Shown: one piece after another, positions 1 to 10,565 of the stretch
Position numbering within the stretch: the stretch's first letter is position 1
Layout of the letters: each line of letters starts with the position of its first letter
NCBI GenBank assembly: GCA_963826525.1
Contig: CAWGXH010000006.1
Span: forward strand, 1 to 26,319
DNA from: an uncultured Methanomicrobiaceae archaeon
Lineage (GTDB): Archaea > Halobacteriota > Methanomicrobia > Methanomicrobiales > Methanoculleaceae
Direction: 5' to 3'
DNA: 26,319 bases
Translations under genes and position numbers: made by a program
Notes under the pieces: model-generated
The model's database searches: none
What the model was told of the DNA's origin: nothing
Seen by the model: the letters and a program-made list of their open reading frames with translations, nothing else

Positions 1-147
1 TTGGAGATCCATGAACGACGGGGCGATACCGATGATTACGCCGCTTTCGGCGCCCACAGTCTCGGCAGCGGCAGCAATACGGTGAGCCCGTGCGCCGATG
101 CCCTCCTGATACGTTTTCAGGTTGATCAGAATCAGAGGTGACTCCAT
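1..147 (-). CDS. tpiA: Triosephosphate isomerase, archaeal type (5' part; runs off the window edge)
   Basis: Manual translation from ATG at 147 gives [49 protein letters not shown], the archaeal TIM N-terminus with the catalytic N-x-K motif. Not in the ORF track. Confidence 0.9.
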   Translation of the reverse strand, partial: MESPLILINLKTYQEGIGARAHRIAAAAETVGAESGVIIGIAPSFMDLQ

Positions 148-177
148 TTCAATCACTTCTGACTGATAGGGCACTCA

Positions 178-187
178 TTTTAATAAA
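178..187 (-). promoter_or_regulatory. Putative TATA box for tpiA
   Basis: The minus strand reads TTTATTAAA about 30 nt upstream of the tpiA ATG, in an otherwise GC-rich context. Confidence 0.5.
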
Positions 188-210
188 CGATAGCCCTCGG
201 GAGAAGGGTG

Positions 211-2751
211 TCACTCATCGGGGGTGCCCCGGAGGAAGTGGCCGGCGGTGATCCCCCCGCACGAACGCTGCTTCACCGCATCTTTCAGGCGAGGCGTGAC
301 GGCGCCCGACTCGATCGCCGTGCGGTAAAATCCAGCCATCTCACGGGCATACCGCTCGCCCCTGCCGCGGCCATCGATCGCGAGCGAATCAAGACCGGCT
401 CCGATAAGGGCGGGAAGGTGATCGATCAGGGATGTCTCGACCGCGTTCGAAAGGTACGCCCTCCCTTCACCGTCGGTTCTGATCGGAAAGATATGACGGG
501 TCGTATCCCGGAGGCCGTAGAAGGTATCCCCCGTCCCTGTCCCCGCAAGCAGGAGAAGGCGATCTTCGGTGACCATCGCCTCGAGGGTGCCCTGAACGAT
601 GAACCCGAAGAGTGTGCCGGAGTTGTTCTGCCGCGACCGTGCGACGAGGCCTGCAAGATCGGAGGCGGGGAGCTCCGGGGAGAGCGTAAGATACCGAAAG
701 AGCGGGCTCATCCCGGCGACCGCGCGGTGGTTCCAGATGTTGATGCCCGCCGCACCGTAAAGAGGGAGACTCGGGCGCGGCCATTACTACTGCTGCCGCT
801 GCCCCGGTGCCACTCACCATAACCCCGCCGACTCCTGCCCCGGCAAGCGAGGGGAGGAGGGGGACGGCCGAATCGAGAAATCCGCGGGGGGTGATCGGCG
901 GCCACTTCCAGACAAGTTCCGCCCCTTCGCTTCGGCAGACTGCCGCTGCTTCGGAGAGAAGGGCGAGGAGATCCCCGGCATCTATCCTGACCTGTGGCTC
1001 GAAGAAGACGGTAGCGGCACCGCCTGCCGCCCCGCCCCGCACTTCGTCGAGCGTCGCGGCATAGACGGCGACGGCGGGGTGCCGCGGCTCTCCCGGCGGC
1101 GCAGGATCTGCGGTCAGTGCGGGGAGGAGCGATTCGAGCCGCTCCTCGGCCGCTCCGACCGCTGCATCGTCAGGCCTGTACGCGGCGGCGAGCGCCGAAG
1201 CGGCGCGGTCGAGAAACGACCTTCGCATTCTATTCAGCTCACCGATGGGTGCGAAGAGCCCACCCGGGTAGTCAAGCTGAAGGTTCCGGACCGTGAACAC
1301 CGTTCCACCTGTCTTCGTCAGCTCGGGTCGCTATCCGATCCTCGGTAAGCGGTCGGCTCCGTGCCGGCTCCATCCGGAGGTCCGGGCGGTAGCGCACCCG
1401 GAGCGGTTCGCCGCCGTGCCGTGCGAGGACCGCCTCCAGACAGGGCGTGCCGTCCTCCCAGGTGACCGTTACGTCGAGCGGAAACGGCGGTTGGTGGGGC
1501 TCTCCATGACCCGTGCCCGCTCCTCAAGGTCCGCGCTCTTCGTCAGGAAGACCCGGGTTCCCTCTCCCACGGGCGCGGGGACGCTGAGTCGTACCGGCCG
1601 TCGCGGACGGCGGGGGTGCCCGGAGCACCAGTCCTGTTCGCCGCCGGGCGGTCGCAGAAGGCCAGCCCGTCGCCGGGCGGGGGACAACGTCGCCGGCAAG
1701 ACGCACGGTCGCCTCCTCTCTCCGGGGATCGTAGCCGGTGACCGTGCCGAGCAGGATACCCCGGTTCCCGGGACGGTCGCGGGCCATGATCCCGGGCGCC
1801 GAGGATGTAGCCCGCGGTAAAACCCCGGTTGAACGCGAGGGCGAGGTCACGCATATCCTCCGGAGAGGGCGACCAGGCCTCCCGGCGGCGATGGCGTCGA
1901 GAGCACGCCGGTAGATGCTCATCACCGTGGCGACGTACTCCGCCGAGCGCATCCTCCCCTCGATCTTGAGCGACGCCAGCGGCCGCGAGGAGGTCAAGGT
2001 GCGGGTATACCGCAAGTCGCGTGTCGAGAGGAGGTAACGGTCCTCTGCGGGCACGGCCCGGAGATCCTTCGGTCGCCCGTAATCGTCCTTTCGGCGACCA
2101 CGAGCCGGTAGGGTTTCCTGCACGGCTGGGCGCACATCCCCCGGTTCCCGCTCCGTCCCCCGATGACCGACGAGAGGAGGCACTGGCCCGAGTAGCAGTA
2201 GCAGAGAGCACCGTGGACAAAGACCTCGATGCCGACACCCGTGCCTCCGCGTCCTTGCCGGTCCCCTCGATCTCGGCGAGGGGCATCTCCCGCGCCAGCA
2301 CCACGCGGGAGAAACCCTCTCCGGCGGCAAACGCCACCCCTTCGCGGTTATGGACCGTCATCTGGGTGGAGGCATGAAGGGGGAGGTCCGGGACACCTCC
2401 CGGGCAAGCGCCGCCACGCCGGTATCCTGCACCAGGACGGCATCGACCCCGGTCTCATAGAGCCAGAGGAGGTAAGGCGCCACGTCGGGGAGTTCGGCAT
2501 CCCGGACCAGGACGTTTACCGTGACGTAGACAGAGACTCCCCGGAGGTGTGCGTAGTCGACGGCGGACCAGATCCTCGTCGGAGAAGTTCGCCGCGTAGC
2601 GTCTGGCACCGAAACGCCTCCCGGCCAGGTAGACGGCATCGGCTCCGGCGGCGACCGCTGCGGCCAGCGCGTCGAAAGAGCCTGCGGGGGCGAGGAGCTC
2701 CGGCAGCGATTCGATCCGTCGGGACTGTCTTTGCGAGATCTCCGTTCTCAT
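211..2751 (-). CDS. U32 'peptidase' family Fe-S protein with C-terminal DUF3656-like region (RlhA-like RNA hydroxylase candidate); multiple frameshifts
   Basis: GGAGA RBS, then ATG at 2751. N-terminus PELLAPAGSFDALAAAVAAGADAVYLAG..FGAR. Fe-S motif read manually at ~2110-2220: FVHGALCYCYSGQCLLSSVIGGRSGNRGMCAQPCRKPY. Also SLKIEGRMRSAEYV, FNRGFTAGY and a C-terminal GGITAGHFLRG. The protein is split across many frames. Confidence 0.85.
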
Positions 2752-2860
2752 AGTTTCTCCGGAAAGTATGCAGGTACGTGTGAGGGGCGGCACTATATGC
2801 GTATGCCCGACCGGAGAGGAGAGCAGGGCTTATGAGGGAGAGATACTCCACCTTTTACGT

Positions 2861-3695
2861 ATGCTTAACAGGCGGCCGCAGGTCGGTATCATCGGTGCAG
2901 GGCATATGGGGAGCATGATGGCGGAAGGGTTCCTCTCGTCCGGGGCGCTTGCGCCCGGCGAGCTCGCCATTGCCTCCCGGTCGCGGAGAGGAACCGACCC
3001 GCTCCGGGAACGCTGGCCGGATATCACGGTTCTCCCCGACAATCCAGGCCTCGCACGCCTCTGCAGCCTCATCTTCCTCTGCGTCAGGCCGCCGGATATC
3101 GACGGGGTGCTCGGCGAGATCCTCCCGGCGCTCTCCGGGAACGAACATATCGTCTCGATCGCGGCGGGAATACCTCTTGAGCACCTGGAGAGGCGGACCC
3201 GGCTCGCTTTCGCGTGCTATGCCGAGCATAACCTCCGAGGCCGGCCGCGGGATCACGCTCGTCTGTCACGGGCGGAAGGTATCCGGAGATGCGGCACACC
3301 GGGTGGAACGCCTCCTCTCCGCGCTCGGCAGGGCGATCGAGGTCAGCGAGGAGGATCTCCCCGCCGCCACCGTCGTCTCCGGCTGCGGACCTGCGCTGAT
3401 CGCGGCGATCCTGGAGGAACTCGCCGCTGCAGCCCGTCGGCAGAGCAGCCTCTCTGCCGAGGAGTCCGCAAGCCTCGCCCGGGAGACATTCATCGGAACT
3501 GCCGCGCTCCTGCAGAAGACGGATATGAGCGCCGCCTGCCTGATAGAACGGGTGGCGACGCCGGGCGGCATCACCGAGGTGGGGGTATCGTCGCTACGGG
3601 AAGACCTCCCGGCAGCCTTCGACCGCATGTTCGAGCGGGCACGTGCACGAAACGACGCCCTTGCGGCCGATCGAAAGAGCGCTCCCGGAGAATGA
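2861..3695 (+). CDS. proC: Pyrroline-5-carboxylate reductase (one frameshift near 3190-3215)
   Basis: VGIIGAGHMGSMMA Rossmann motif and IVSIAAGI in one frame; RAMPS, SGCGPA and VATPGGITEVG in the next frame. Confidence 0.88.
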
Positions 3696-3738
3696 ACAGA
3701 CTTAATACCGAATACCGACTGAATACCACCCGAGAGAT

Positions 3739-4367
3739 ATGAAGCTCGTCGCCTCCATTCACGATCCCGATACGCTTGACCTGGCCGTTTCAGCAGGTGT
3801 GAACTTCATCGAGCTCCGCCTGGACCTGATTGAAGGCGACCTTGCGGATACCGTCGAACTGATACGGGCGCGAACCATCATTCCAATAATCGCGACGCTT
3901 CGAAGCAGAGAGGAAGGGGGGCGGTTCACCGGGAACGCGGATGCGTGGTTCGAGATTGTGGGGCCGCTCATCAGGCATGTCGATATCGTCGACGTGGAGA
4001 TGAGATACCGGGAGCATGCGCCTGACATAAAAACACACGGCGTGCAGATCATCGCTTCGCATCACCGCCCGGAGATGCCGGAGATCCGATCTCGACGCAC
4101 TCGTGAGCGACCTGCGGTCGTTCGGCGATATCCCGAAGATCGCCGTCAGCCCAAAATCGCAAGCCGACGTGCTCGCGCTCCTTGCATTCACTGCTGAAGC
4201 GCAAAAACCGATCTGCGTCAGCATCGTGGGGGACGAGTACCGCTATACCCGTGCCCTCCTCCCGCTCTTCGGTTCGGAGTTAGCCTACTGCCACGCCGGA
4301 ACCCCGACGGCGAAGGGGCAGTGACCACGTCGAGGAACTCAAGCAACTCCTCGAGATGCTCCAGTAA
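3739..4367 (+). CDS. aroD: Type I 3-dehydroquinate dehydratase (frameshifts near 4080 and 4322)
   Basis: [23 protein letters not shown] and IIASHH, then DIPKIAV and TAKGQ(Y)[13 protein letters not shown] with TAA at 4365-4367. Adjacent to the aro cluster. Confidence 0.88.
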
Positions 4368-4369
4368 AC

Positions 4370-5377
4370 TCACTCTTTTCTCACGGCGAAACCGCGGTAC
4401 TTCTCCTGCTCGAGGAGAGCGTCGAGGATCACGAGCGCCAGCATGCACTCCGCGACCGGCACGACCCGCACCGCGATGCAGGGGTCGTGGCGGCCATGTA
4501 TCCGTATCCGCCGCTCATTTCCAGCCGTATCGATCGTCGTCTGCTCTTTTTCGATCGAGGGCGTGGGCTTGACGGCGATCCTGGCCACGATCGGCTGACC
4601 GGTGCTGATCCCGCCGAGGATGCCGCCGGCGTTATTGCCAGCGAATCCTTCGGGGGTGATCGGGTCGTTATTCTCGCTCCCGCGCATCCGTGCTACGGCG
4701 AAACCGGCTCCGATTTCGACGCCCTTCACCGCACCGATACCCATCAGGGCGGCGGCGATCATTGCGTCGAGTTTCCCGAAGACCGGGTCGCCGAGCCCCG
4801 ACGGACACCCGGAGACGACGACCTCCACGATCCCGCCGACGGAGTCGCCCTCCTGCCGTGCGGTGCGGATCGCCTCTTCCATTCCCTCGAGGGTGGTCTC
4901 TCCGCCGATCTCACAGATCCGCCCGGCAACACCGATGCCGTAGCGCTCGAGGCACTTCGCCGCAACCGCGCCTGCCGCGACGCGGGAGAGCGTCTCCCGG
5001 CCGGAACTCCGCCCGCCTCCACGGTGGTCGCGGATACCGTACTTCGCGGCATACGAGTAGTCGGCGTGACCGGGACGGAAGATGTCGCGGAGTGCATCGT
5101 AGTCGCCGGACTCCTGATTCCGGTTATAGACGACAAGAGCGATCGGCGTCCCGGTCGTGACGCCCTCGAAGGTGCCGGAGAGGATCTCGATCCTGTCCGC
5201 CTCTCTGCGGGGAGAGACGAGGCTGCTCGTGCCCGGCCTCCTCCTGTCGAGGTAGGGCTGGATATCCGCCTCGGTCAGCGCGATACCGGGAGGGCAGCCG
5301 TCGATGACGGCTCCGAGCGCCTTTCCATGGCTCTCTCCGAATGTCGTGACCCGAAAGTTTCTCCCAAACGTATTCAT
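4370..5377 (-). CDS. aroC: Chorismate synthase
   Basis: [55 protein letters not shown] overlap with the upstream gene. Confidence 0.97.
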   Translation of the reverse strand: MNTFGRNFRVTTFGESHGKALGAVIDGCPPGIALTEADIQPYLDRRRPGTSSLVSPRREADRIEILSGTFEGVTTGTPIALVVYNRNQESGDYDALRDIFRPGHADYSYAAKYGIRDHRGGGRSSGRETLSRVAAGAVAAKCLERYGIGVAGRICEIGGETTLEGMEEAIRTARQEGDSVGGIVEVVVSGCPSGLGDPVFGKLDAMIAAALMGIGAVKGVEIGAGFAVARMRGSENNDPITPEGFAGNNAGGILGGISTGQPIVARIAVKPTPSIEKEQTTIDTAGNERRIRIHGRHDPCIAVRVVPVAECMLALVILDALLEQEKYRGFAVRKE

Positions 5378-6700
5378 TGCATCATCTCCCGCACGCTTTC
5401 TGCCTCCACGGCGATGCCGGTGATCAGGCGGAACTGCCAGGCGGCCTGGTGGACGAACATCTCGGTGCCGGGGATCGCCTCGCAGCCGGCAAGCCGCGCC
5501 TCCCGGATGAGTTTCGTCTCGGGGGGCGTGTAGATGAGGTCGAAGACGGTCATCCCCCGCTCGAGCCGGTCCGCCGGAAGAGGGCTCCGCCCCGCATCTT
5601 CCATCCCGACCGAGGTCGTATTGACGACGACGTCGGCGTCTCCTCCCCGGAAGTCGTCGAGCCCTCCCCACGCGCACCCGAACCGCTCCGCAAGGAGGCG
5701 GGCTCTCGAGGGAGTCCGGTTCAGCACGGTCACCGCCATATCGAGGTCGCGGAGTGCATAGACCGTCGCCGCCGCCGCACCTCCCGCACCGAGCACGACC
5801 GCCCGTGCTCCCCGCCGGTGCTCGAGCGGAATCTTCACCCCGAGCCAGTCGGTATTGAACCCATGCAGCCTTCCGCCGCACTGCACGACCGTATTTACCG
5901 CGCCGATGGCGGCCGCGTCCGCGTCGACCTCGTCCAGGAACGGGATGATATCCTGCTTGAACGGAATGGTGACGGAGAGTCCCCTGAACGTCGAGGGCGC
6001 GTGCGAGCCTGACGATGGGTTCTATTGCGGGCCACTCGAACCTCGTGTAATAGTAGTGTAAACCGTAGTGCTCAAAGAGCCTGTTGTAGAGAGCGGGGCT
6101 CCTGCTGTGCGAGCAGGGGTTGCCGGCGATGCCGCAGATCCGGATCTTCGGGTCGCGCTTTCGCACCGCCGCAAGATCATCGGGAACAAGGAGGTCGTCG
6201 GGCAGCGCCGTGAGCAGGGCTGCAATCTGTTCGACGGTCTCCTCCACGCTGCGCGAGCCGGTATCGATGCAGACGTCGGCACTACTCATGTAGGCAACCC
6301 GTCTCTGCCCGAGCATCTCCCGTATCTCGTCCCGAAGCGGGAGGGACGTGAGCCCCGGCCGGTCGCTGCCCCGGATACGCTCCTCGATGACCGCGGGGTC
6401 TGCCGTTAGCAGAATGACCGTCCCGTTCCGGCGAAGGCTCTCCACGTTTGCCGGGTCGATGACCGCCCCGCCGCCGGTGCTGACGACACCGTCACAGTCC
6501 CGGAGCGACGCGATAACCTCCCGCTCGAGACGCCGGAACGCCGCTTCGCCCCACCGCTCAAAGATCGCCGGGATGGCGATGCCCGCCTTCTCCTCGATTA
6601 CAGCGTCGGTATCGACAAACGGAAGACCGAAGCGGCCGGCAAGCCGTCGTCCGACGGCCGTCTTTCCGGTGCCCCGAAAACCGACGAGGACGATCTTCAT
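5374..6700 (-). CDS. aroK-aroE: Shikimate kinase (bacterial P-loop type) fused to shikimate dehydrogenase (frameshift near 5980)
   Basis: N-terminal [31 protein letters not shown] continues in frame into [10 protein letters not shown]. After the shift come SVTIPFK, GAVNT, NTDWLG, LGAGGAA, NRT, NTTSVGM, DLIYTP and QAAWQF. Confidence 0.9.
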
Positions 6701-7965
6701 AGCAGTCCCGCCTCTGTGAGGGCATCCCAGAACCCGGGGAACGACTTGCCGACGCACTCCGCATCCCGGATCGTCATTCCGCCGACCCCGAGGCCGAGGA
6801 CGGCGAAACTCATGGCGGTCCGGTGATCGTCGACCGGGTCGACGACCACGCCGTGGAGCGGGGCCGGGGTGATGGTGATCCGGTCGGTGCCGACCGAGAC
6901 ACTGGCTCCCATCCTCTGCAGGATCTCCGCCGTGATCCCGATCCGGTCGCTCTCCTTGTACTGCAGGTGCCCGACCCCGGTGATCGTCGTCGGCGTCGCT
7001 GCCGTGGCCGCAACGACCGCGAGCGTCTGCACCGTATCGGGGGCGGATGACATATCGATGGTGATGCCGGAGAGCTCGCCCTTCCGCGTGACGGTCACCG
7101 TATCGACCGATGACGCGACGAGACACCCCATCGCTTCGAGCGCGTCGAGGAACCGCCGGTCGCCCTGCACCGATGCGGGGCTTAAGTGGTTCACACGGAC
7201 GGTGCCGCCGCAGATTGCCGCCGCGGCAAAGAAGTAGGAGGCCGACGAGTAGTCGCCCTCGACGGTGTACTCCCTGCCGGTATAGCGAGTGCCGTGCCGC
7301 ACCCGGAAGCGGGTATACCCGTCACGTTCGACCCGTGCGCCGAACGCCTCCATGACGTCGACCGTCACGTCGAGGTACGACCGGGATGCGGGCATCTCAG
7401 GGATTTCGAGTTCGACATCCTCGTCGGCACAGGGAGCGGCCATCAGGATCGACGAGATGAACTGGCTGCTCATGCTCGCATCGACGACGGCAGTCCCGCC
7501 GGATAGCCGCCCCTCGACCCGGATCGGGGGAAAACCAGGTTTACCGAGGTAAACAGTCTCGCCGCCAAGGGCAAGGAGTGCCTCGACAAGCGGCCCGAGC
7601 GGCCGCTCCAGCATCCGCCGGTTCCCGGTGAGCACCACCGGACGCGGCGATACGAGGGCTATCGAGGAGAGGAGCCGGAGGCTCGTCCCTGAGTTGCCGA
7701 GATCGAGCGTGACCGGATCTCCGGTCGGGAGTTTCCCGCCGGTTCCGTCGACGATGATCTCGCTGCCCTGCCAGTCGACCGGAACACCGAGACTCCGGAG
7801 CGCCCGGGCGGTCAGCCGGGTATCGTCGGCATCGAGCGGGCGGCAGATCCGGCTCCGGCCCGAGGCGAGCGAGGCGGCGATCAGCGCCCGGTGCGTATAG
7901 CTCTTCGAGGGAGGTGCGGAGAACGTCAGGTCCACCGCAGGACTCCGGGGGATGGTTACGTCCAT
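6697..7965 (-). CDS. aroA: EPSP synthase (3-phosphoshikimate 1-carboxyvinyltransferase)
   Basis: [54 protein letters not shown]. Likely start is MDVTIP at 7965. Confidence 0.97.
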   Translation of the reverse strand: MDVTIPRSPAVDLTFSAPPSKSYTHRALIAASLASGRSRICRPLDADDTRLTARALRSLGVPVDWQGSEIIVDGTGGKLPTGDPVTLDLGNSGTSLRLLSSIALVSPRPVVLTGNRRMLERPLGPLVEALLALGGETVYLGKPGFPPIRVEGRLSGGTAVVDASMSSQFISSILMAAPCADEDVELEIPEMPASRSYLDVTVDVMEAFGARVERDGYTRFRVRHGTRYTGREYTVEGDYSSASYFFAAAAICGGTVRVNHLSPASVQGDRRFLDALEAMGCLVASSVDTVTVTRKGELSGITIDMSSAPDTVQTLAVVAATAATPTTITGVGHLQYKESDRIGITAEILQRMGASVSVGTDRITITPAPLHGVVVDPVDDHRTAMSFAVLGLGVGGMTIRDAECVGKSFPGFWDALTEAGLL

Positions 7966-8753
7966 GCGGGCACCTCCCTCCTCGAGTAGCACCCAAGTTC
8001 CTTCACCGCGGTCATCCTCGCAAGTTCCTCCCTCGCCTCCTCCCACCCGGACGCGAGATCGAAGTCGATGAAGAAGACGTACCTCCCCATCCCCCGCCGG
8101 GACGGCCGCGACTCGATCCTCGTTAAGTTGATGGAGCGGACGGCAAAGACCCCGAGAATGTCGTGGAGCAGACCTGCCCGGTTCGTAGCGGGGTCGACGA
8201 GGATGCTGCACCTGGTGCAGCCCGCTTCGTCCCGCGGAGTCGCCGATATCCGGACGAACCGGGTGACGTTCTGCATGCTGTTCTGCACGTCCCGCCGGAT
8301 AACCGGAAGGCAGTAGATCTCCGCGGCACTCGAGGAGACGATCGCCCCGGCACGCTCACGCTCGAGCATGGCAAGCGCGCTCGCCGCGTTGCTGCTGGTA
8401 TGCACGACATCGACCCCGAGTCGGTCGAGAAACACGCTGCACTGCTCATGGGTCTGGGGGTGAGCATAGATCACGGCAAGGTCTCCGGGATCGCACCGGG
8501 CTGCGAAATGGTGACGGATCGGCATGTACGCCTCCTCGACGATGAAGACGTTGGCGTCCTGGAGCCCCCGGAGGGTCGAGCCGACACCGCCCGCTTCGCT
8601 GTTCTCGATCGGCACGAGGCCGTCCGCTGTGCCGGAGGCGACCGACCCGATGATCTTTCCGATCGTCGGGAGAAACTCGATATCGTCGCCGTAGAGCCGC
8701 AGGGCGAGCTCGTGGCTGAAGGTTCCGGCAGGCCCGAGTGTCAGGAGGGTCAT
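7956..8753 (-). CDS. pheA: Prephenate dehydratase with C-terminal ACT domain (no chorismate mutase domain)
   Basis: LGPAGTFSH, VPIENS, HPQ, NVTRF (TRF motif) and INLTRIESRP. Confidence 0.95.
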   Translation of the reverse strand: MTLLTLGPAGTFSHELALRLYGDDIEFLPTIGKIIGSVASGTADGLVPIENSEAGGVGSTLRGLQDANVFIVEEAYMPIRHHFAARCDPGDLAVIYAHPQTHEQCSVFLDRLGVDVVHTSSNAASALAMLERERAGAIVSSSAAEIYCLPVIRRDVQNSMQNVTRFVRISATPRDEAGCTRCSILVDPATNRAGLLHDILGVFAVRSINLTRIESRPSRRGMGRYVFFIDFDLASGWEEAREELARMTAVKELGCYSRREVPAWT

Positions 8754-9574
8754 CGCGTCACCATATATCTGATAAGATCGTCGGTCTCTTCCGTGGCCGT
8801 TTTCCCGTAGGAGGCATAGTGATCGGTGTTCTTCGCGAAAAAATCGCGGAAGGCAGCAAGGTCGCCCGTCTCCACGATCGTGCGGAGACTCTTTGCGGCA
8901 TCCTCGAACGCGGCCAGCACCTCGGGCACGGCAGGGTTCAGCCGGAGCATATCGCCGTAGAGGTCGGCGTCCTGGGCGAGCAGCCGCCCGATCAGCCCCA
9001 TCTGGATACGGTAGATGGGGCTCGTGAACGCGAGCGACTCCTCGACGTCCACCCCGGCACGCCGGATCGTATCGGCCGCACAGAGCGTCGCAAAGTGGGT
9101 CAGCCCCTGGATGACCGCCATCATCCGGTCGTGCTCTTCGGGCGTGGCGAAGGTCAGCACCGCCCCCTGCTCGCGGAAGATACCGAGCAGGCGGTCGAGC
9201 GCCGCCCCGTCGCAGCGTGCGGGGGTGACGATGATCGTCTGGTTCAAAAGCGACTCCGCGCCCGGGCCGAACATCGGGTGCAGCCCCACGACACCGGCCT
9301 TCGAGGCGAGCATGGCGCGGACGGGCTCCACCTTCAGCGAGGTGATGTCGCAGAGGATCTGCTCCTCCGCAAGCACCGGGGCGATCTCGTCGATGACGGC
9401 TATCGTCCTTCCTATCGGCACCGCGACCATCACCACGTCCGCTCGCTCTGCGACCTCGCAGTTGGAGAGAGGCGTATCACGCCCCGATACGATGACGTCC
9501 CATCCGGCGGCTGAAAAGACGGACGCAAAGAACCTCCCCATCTTTCCGGTGCCGCCGACGATCCCTGCCAGCAT
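8750..9574 (-). CDS. tyrA: Prephenate/arogenate dehydrogenase
   Basis: GIVGGTGKMG, DITSLK, HPMFGP and EEHDRMMAVIQGLTH. ATG at 9574 is preferred over the upstream TTG. Confidence 0.94.
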   Translation of the reverse strand: MLAGIVGGTGKMGRFFASVFSAAGWDVIVSGRDTPLSNCEVAERADVVMVAVPIGRTIAVIDEIAPVLAEEQILCDITSLKVEPVRAMLASKAGVVGLHPMFGPGAESLLNQTIIVTPARCDGAALDRLLGIFREQGAVLTFATPEEHDRMMAVIQGLTHFATLCAADTIRRAGVDVEESLAFTSPIYRIQMGLIGRLLAQDADLYGDMLRLNPAVPEVLAAFEDAAKSLRTIVETGDLAAFRDFFAKNTDHYASYGKTATEETDDLIRYMVTR

Positions 9575-9578
9575 GCGC

Positions 9579-10565
9579 TCACTTCTCAAGGATCGTCTCC
9601 TTCACCGCGATCCCGAAGTGGCGGCCACCTTCCGTTGCAGCCCCGAGTATCCGGTCACCCTCTTTGAGGTCGACGACCGAGATCGCGCCGCCGTCCTCGC
9701 CCACGAGGCGTATCGTCTCCGCATTCTGGAGGATCAGGCTGACGCGGGCGCTGCCGGCCTTTGCCTCGACGAGGAGGAGCGGCCGGCGTTCGATCTTCAC
9801 CCTTCCGACCACCGCATCGGTCGTCCTGCCGTCGCTTTCCGCGACCGCGACGTGGTCTCCGACCTTCAGGTCGGCGAGGTAGGCCGTCTTCCCGCCCGGG
9901 AGCATGATGTAGGCATGGACGGCACCGGCATTGACGCGGAACGGCCGGGGAGCCACGTAGGGGTTCTCCAGCGTCTCCGGGTGCACGAGCAGGAAGGCCG
10001 AGGAGGTGTTGCCGACGAGCATCCCCTGTCCGTCCGCGAGGAGCGAACAGGTATCGACGCAGACCCTATCTCCCATCCCGACCGGCCGGATGCCGGTGAC
10101 GGTGAAGGGAATGAGATCGGTGCTCCCGCCGGAGGATGCGATCAGCGACGCAACCTCACGGACGACGGCCGGATCGCCGGTCTTCAGCAGAATCCCGGCG
10201 ACGCCACGCTCAAGGACGGTCAGTGCGAGTTCCGCCTCCGCGCGGTTCGTCACCGTCGCGATGATACGGTCGGACGCCGCGACCAGGTTCTCGAGCGGGA
10301 TCACCGTCCAGTCGCTGGTGCTGACGATCACGTATCCCTTCCGCGAAAGCCTGACCGCCTCCTCTTCGCTCTCCTTATCCTCGATCGCCACCTCGAAGAT
10401 ATCCTCTCCGGGAACGAGATCCCCATCGGGCGCAATGACCGTCGTCCGGGCAAGTTCACGGAGGTCATCAGCACGGCCGACCATCAGCGCATCCGCACCG
10501 CTCTCGATGGCGGTCGTGGCGAGGTCTTTATCCCACGGCCGGATATCGACCCAGAAGACCTTCAT
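9579..10565 (-). CDS. aroB': 3-dehydroquinate synthase type II (archaeal alternative pathway)
   Basis: MKVFWVD.., DWTVIPLENL, GDRVCVDTCS, RPFRVNAGAVHAY, KIERRPL, LQNAETIRL and GRHFG. In this assembly it is in frame with the upstream aldolase. Confidence 0.93.
   Translation of the reverse strand: MKVFWVDIRPWDKDLATTAIESGADALMVGRADDLRELARTTVIAPDGDLVPGEDIFEVAIEDKESEEEAVRLSRKGYVIVSTSDWTVIPLENLVAASDRIIATVTNRAEAELALTVLERGVAGILLKTGDPAVVREVASLIASSGGSTDLIPFTVTGIRPVGMGDRVCVDTCSLLADGQGMLVGNTSSAFLLVHPETLENPYVAPRPFRVNAGAVHAYIMLPGGKTAYLADLKVGDHVAVAESDGRTTDAVVGRVKIERRPLLLVEAKAGSARVSLILQNAETIRLVGEDGGAISVVDLKEGDRILGAATEGGRHFGIAVKETILEK

Noticed and set aside
211-2751. Collagenase/protease function for the U32 gene
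   Set aside because: This is a legacy annotation. The intact Fe-S Cys motif fits the characterised hydroxylase members better.
4322-4324. In-frame TGA in aroD as selenocysteine or readthrough
   Set aside because: The conserved continuation (HVEELK) is in another frame, so this is a 1-nt insertion in a TAC codon.
4370-7126. 918-aa ORF resembling an AROM-like multifunctional fusion
   Set aside because: It results from one frameshift near 5980 plus ATGA overlaps. The flanking segments are off-frame nonsense, and AroE ends at its own stop at 5374.
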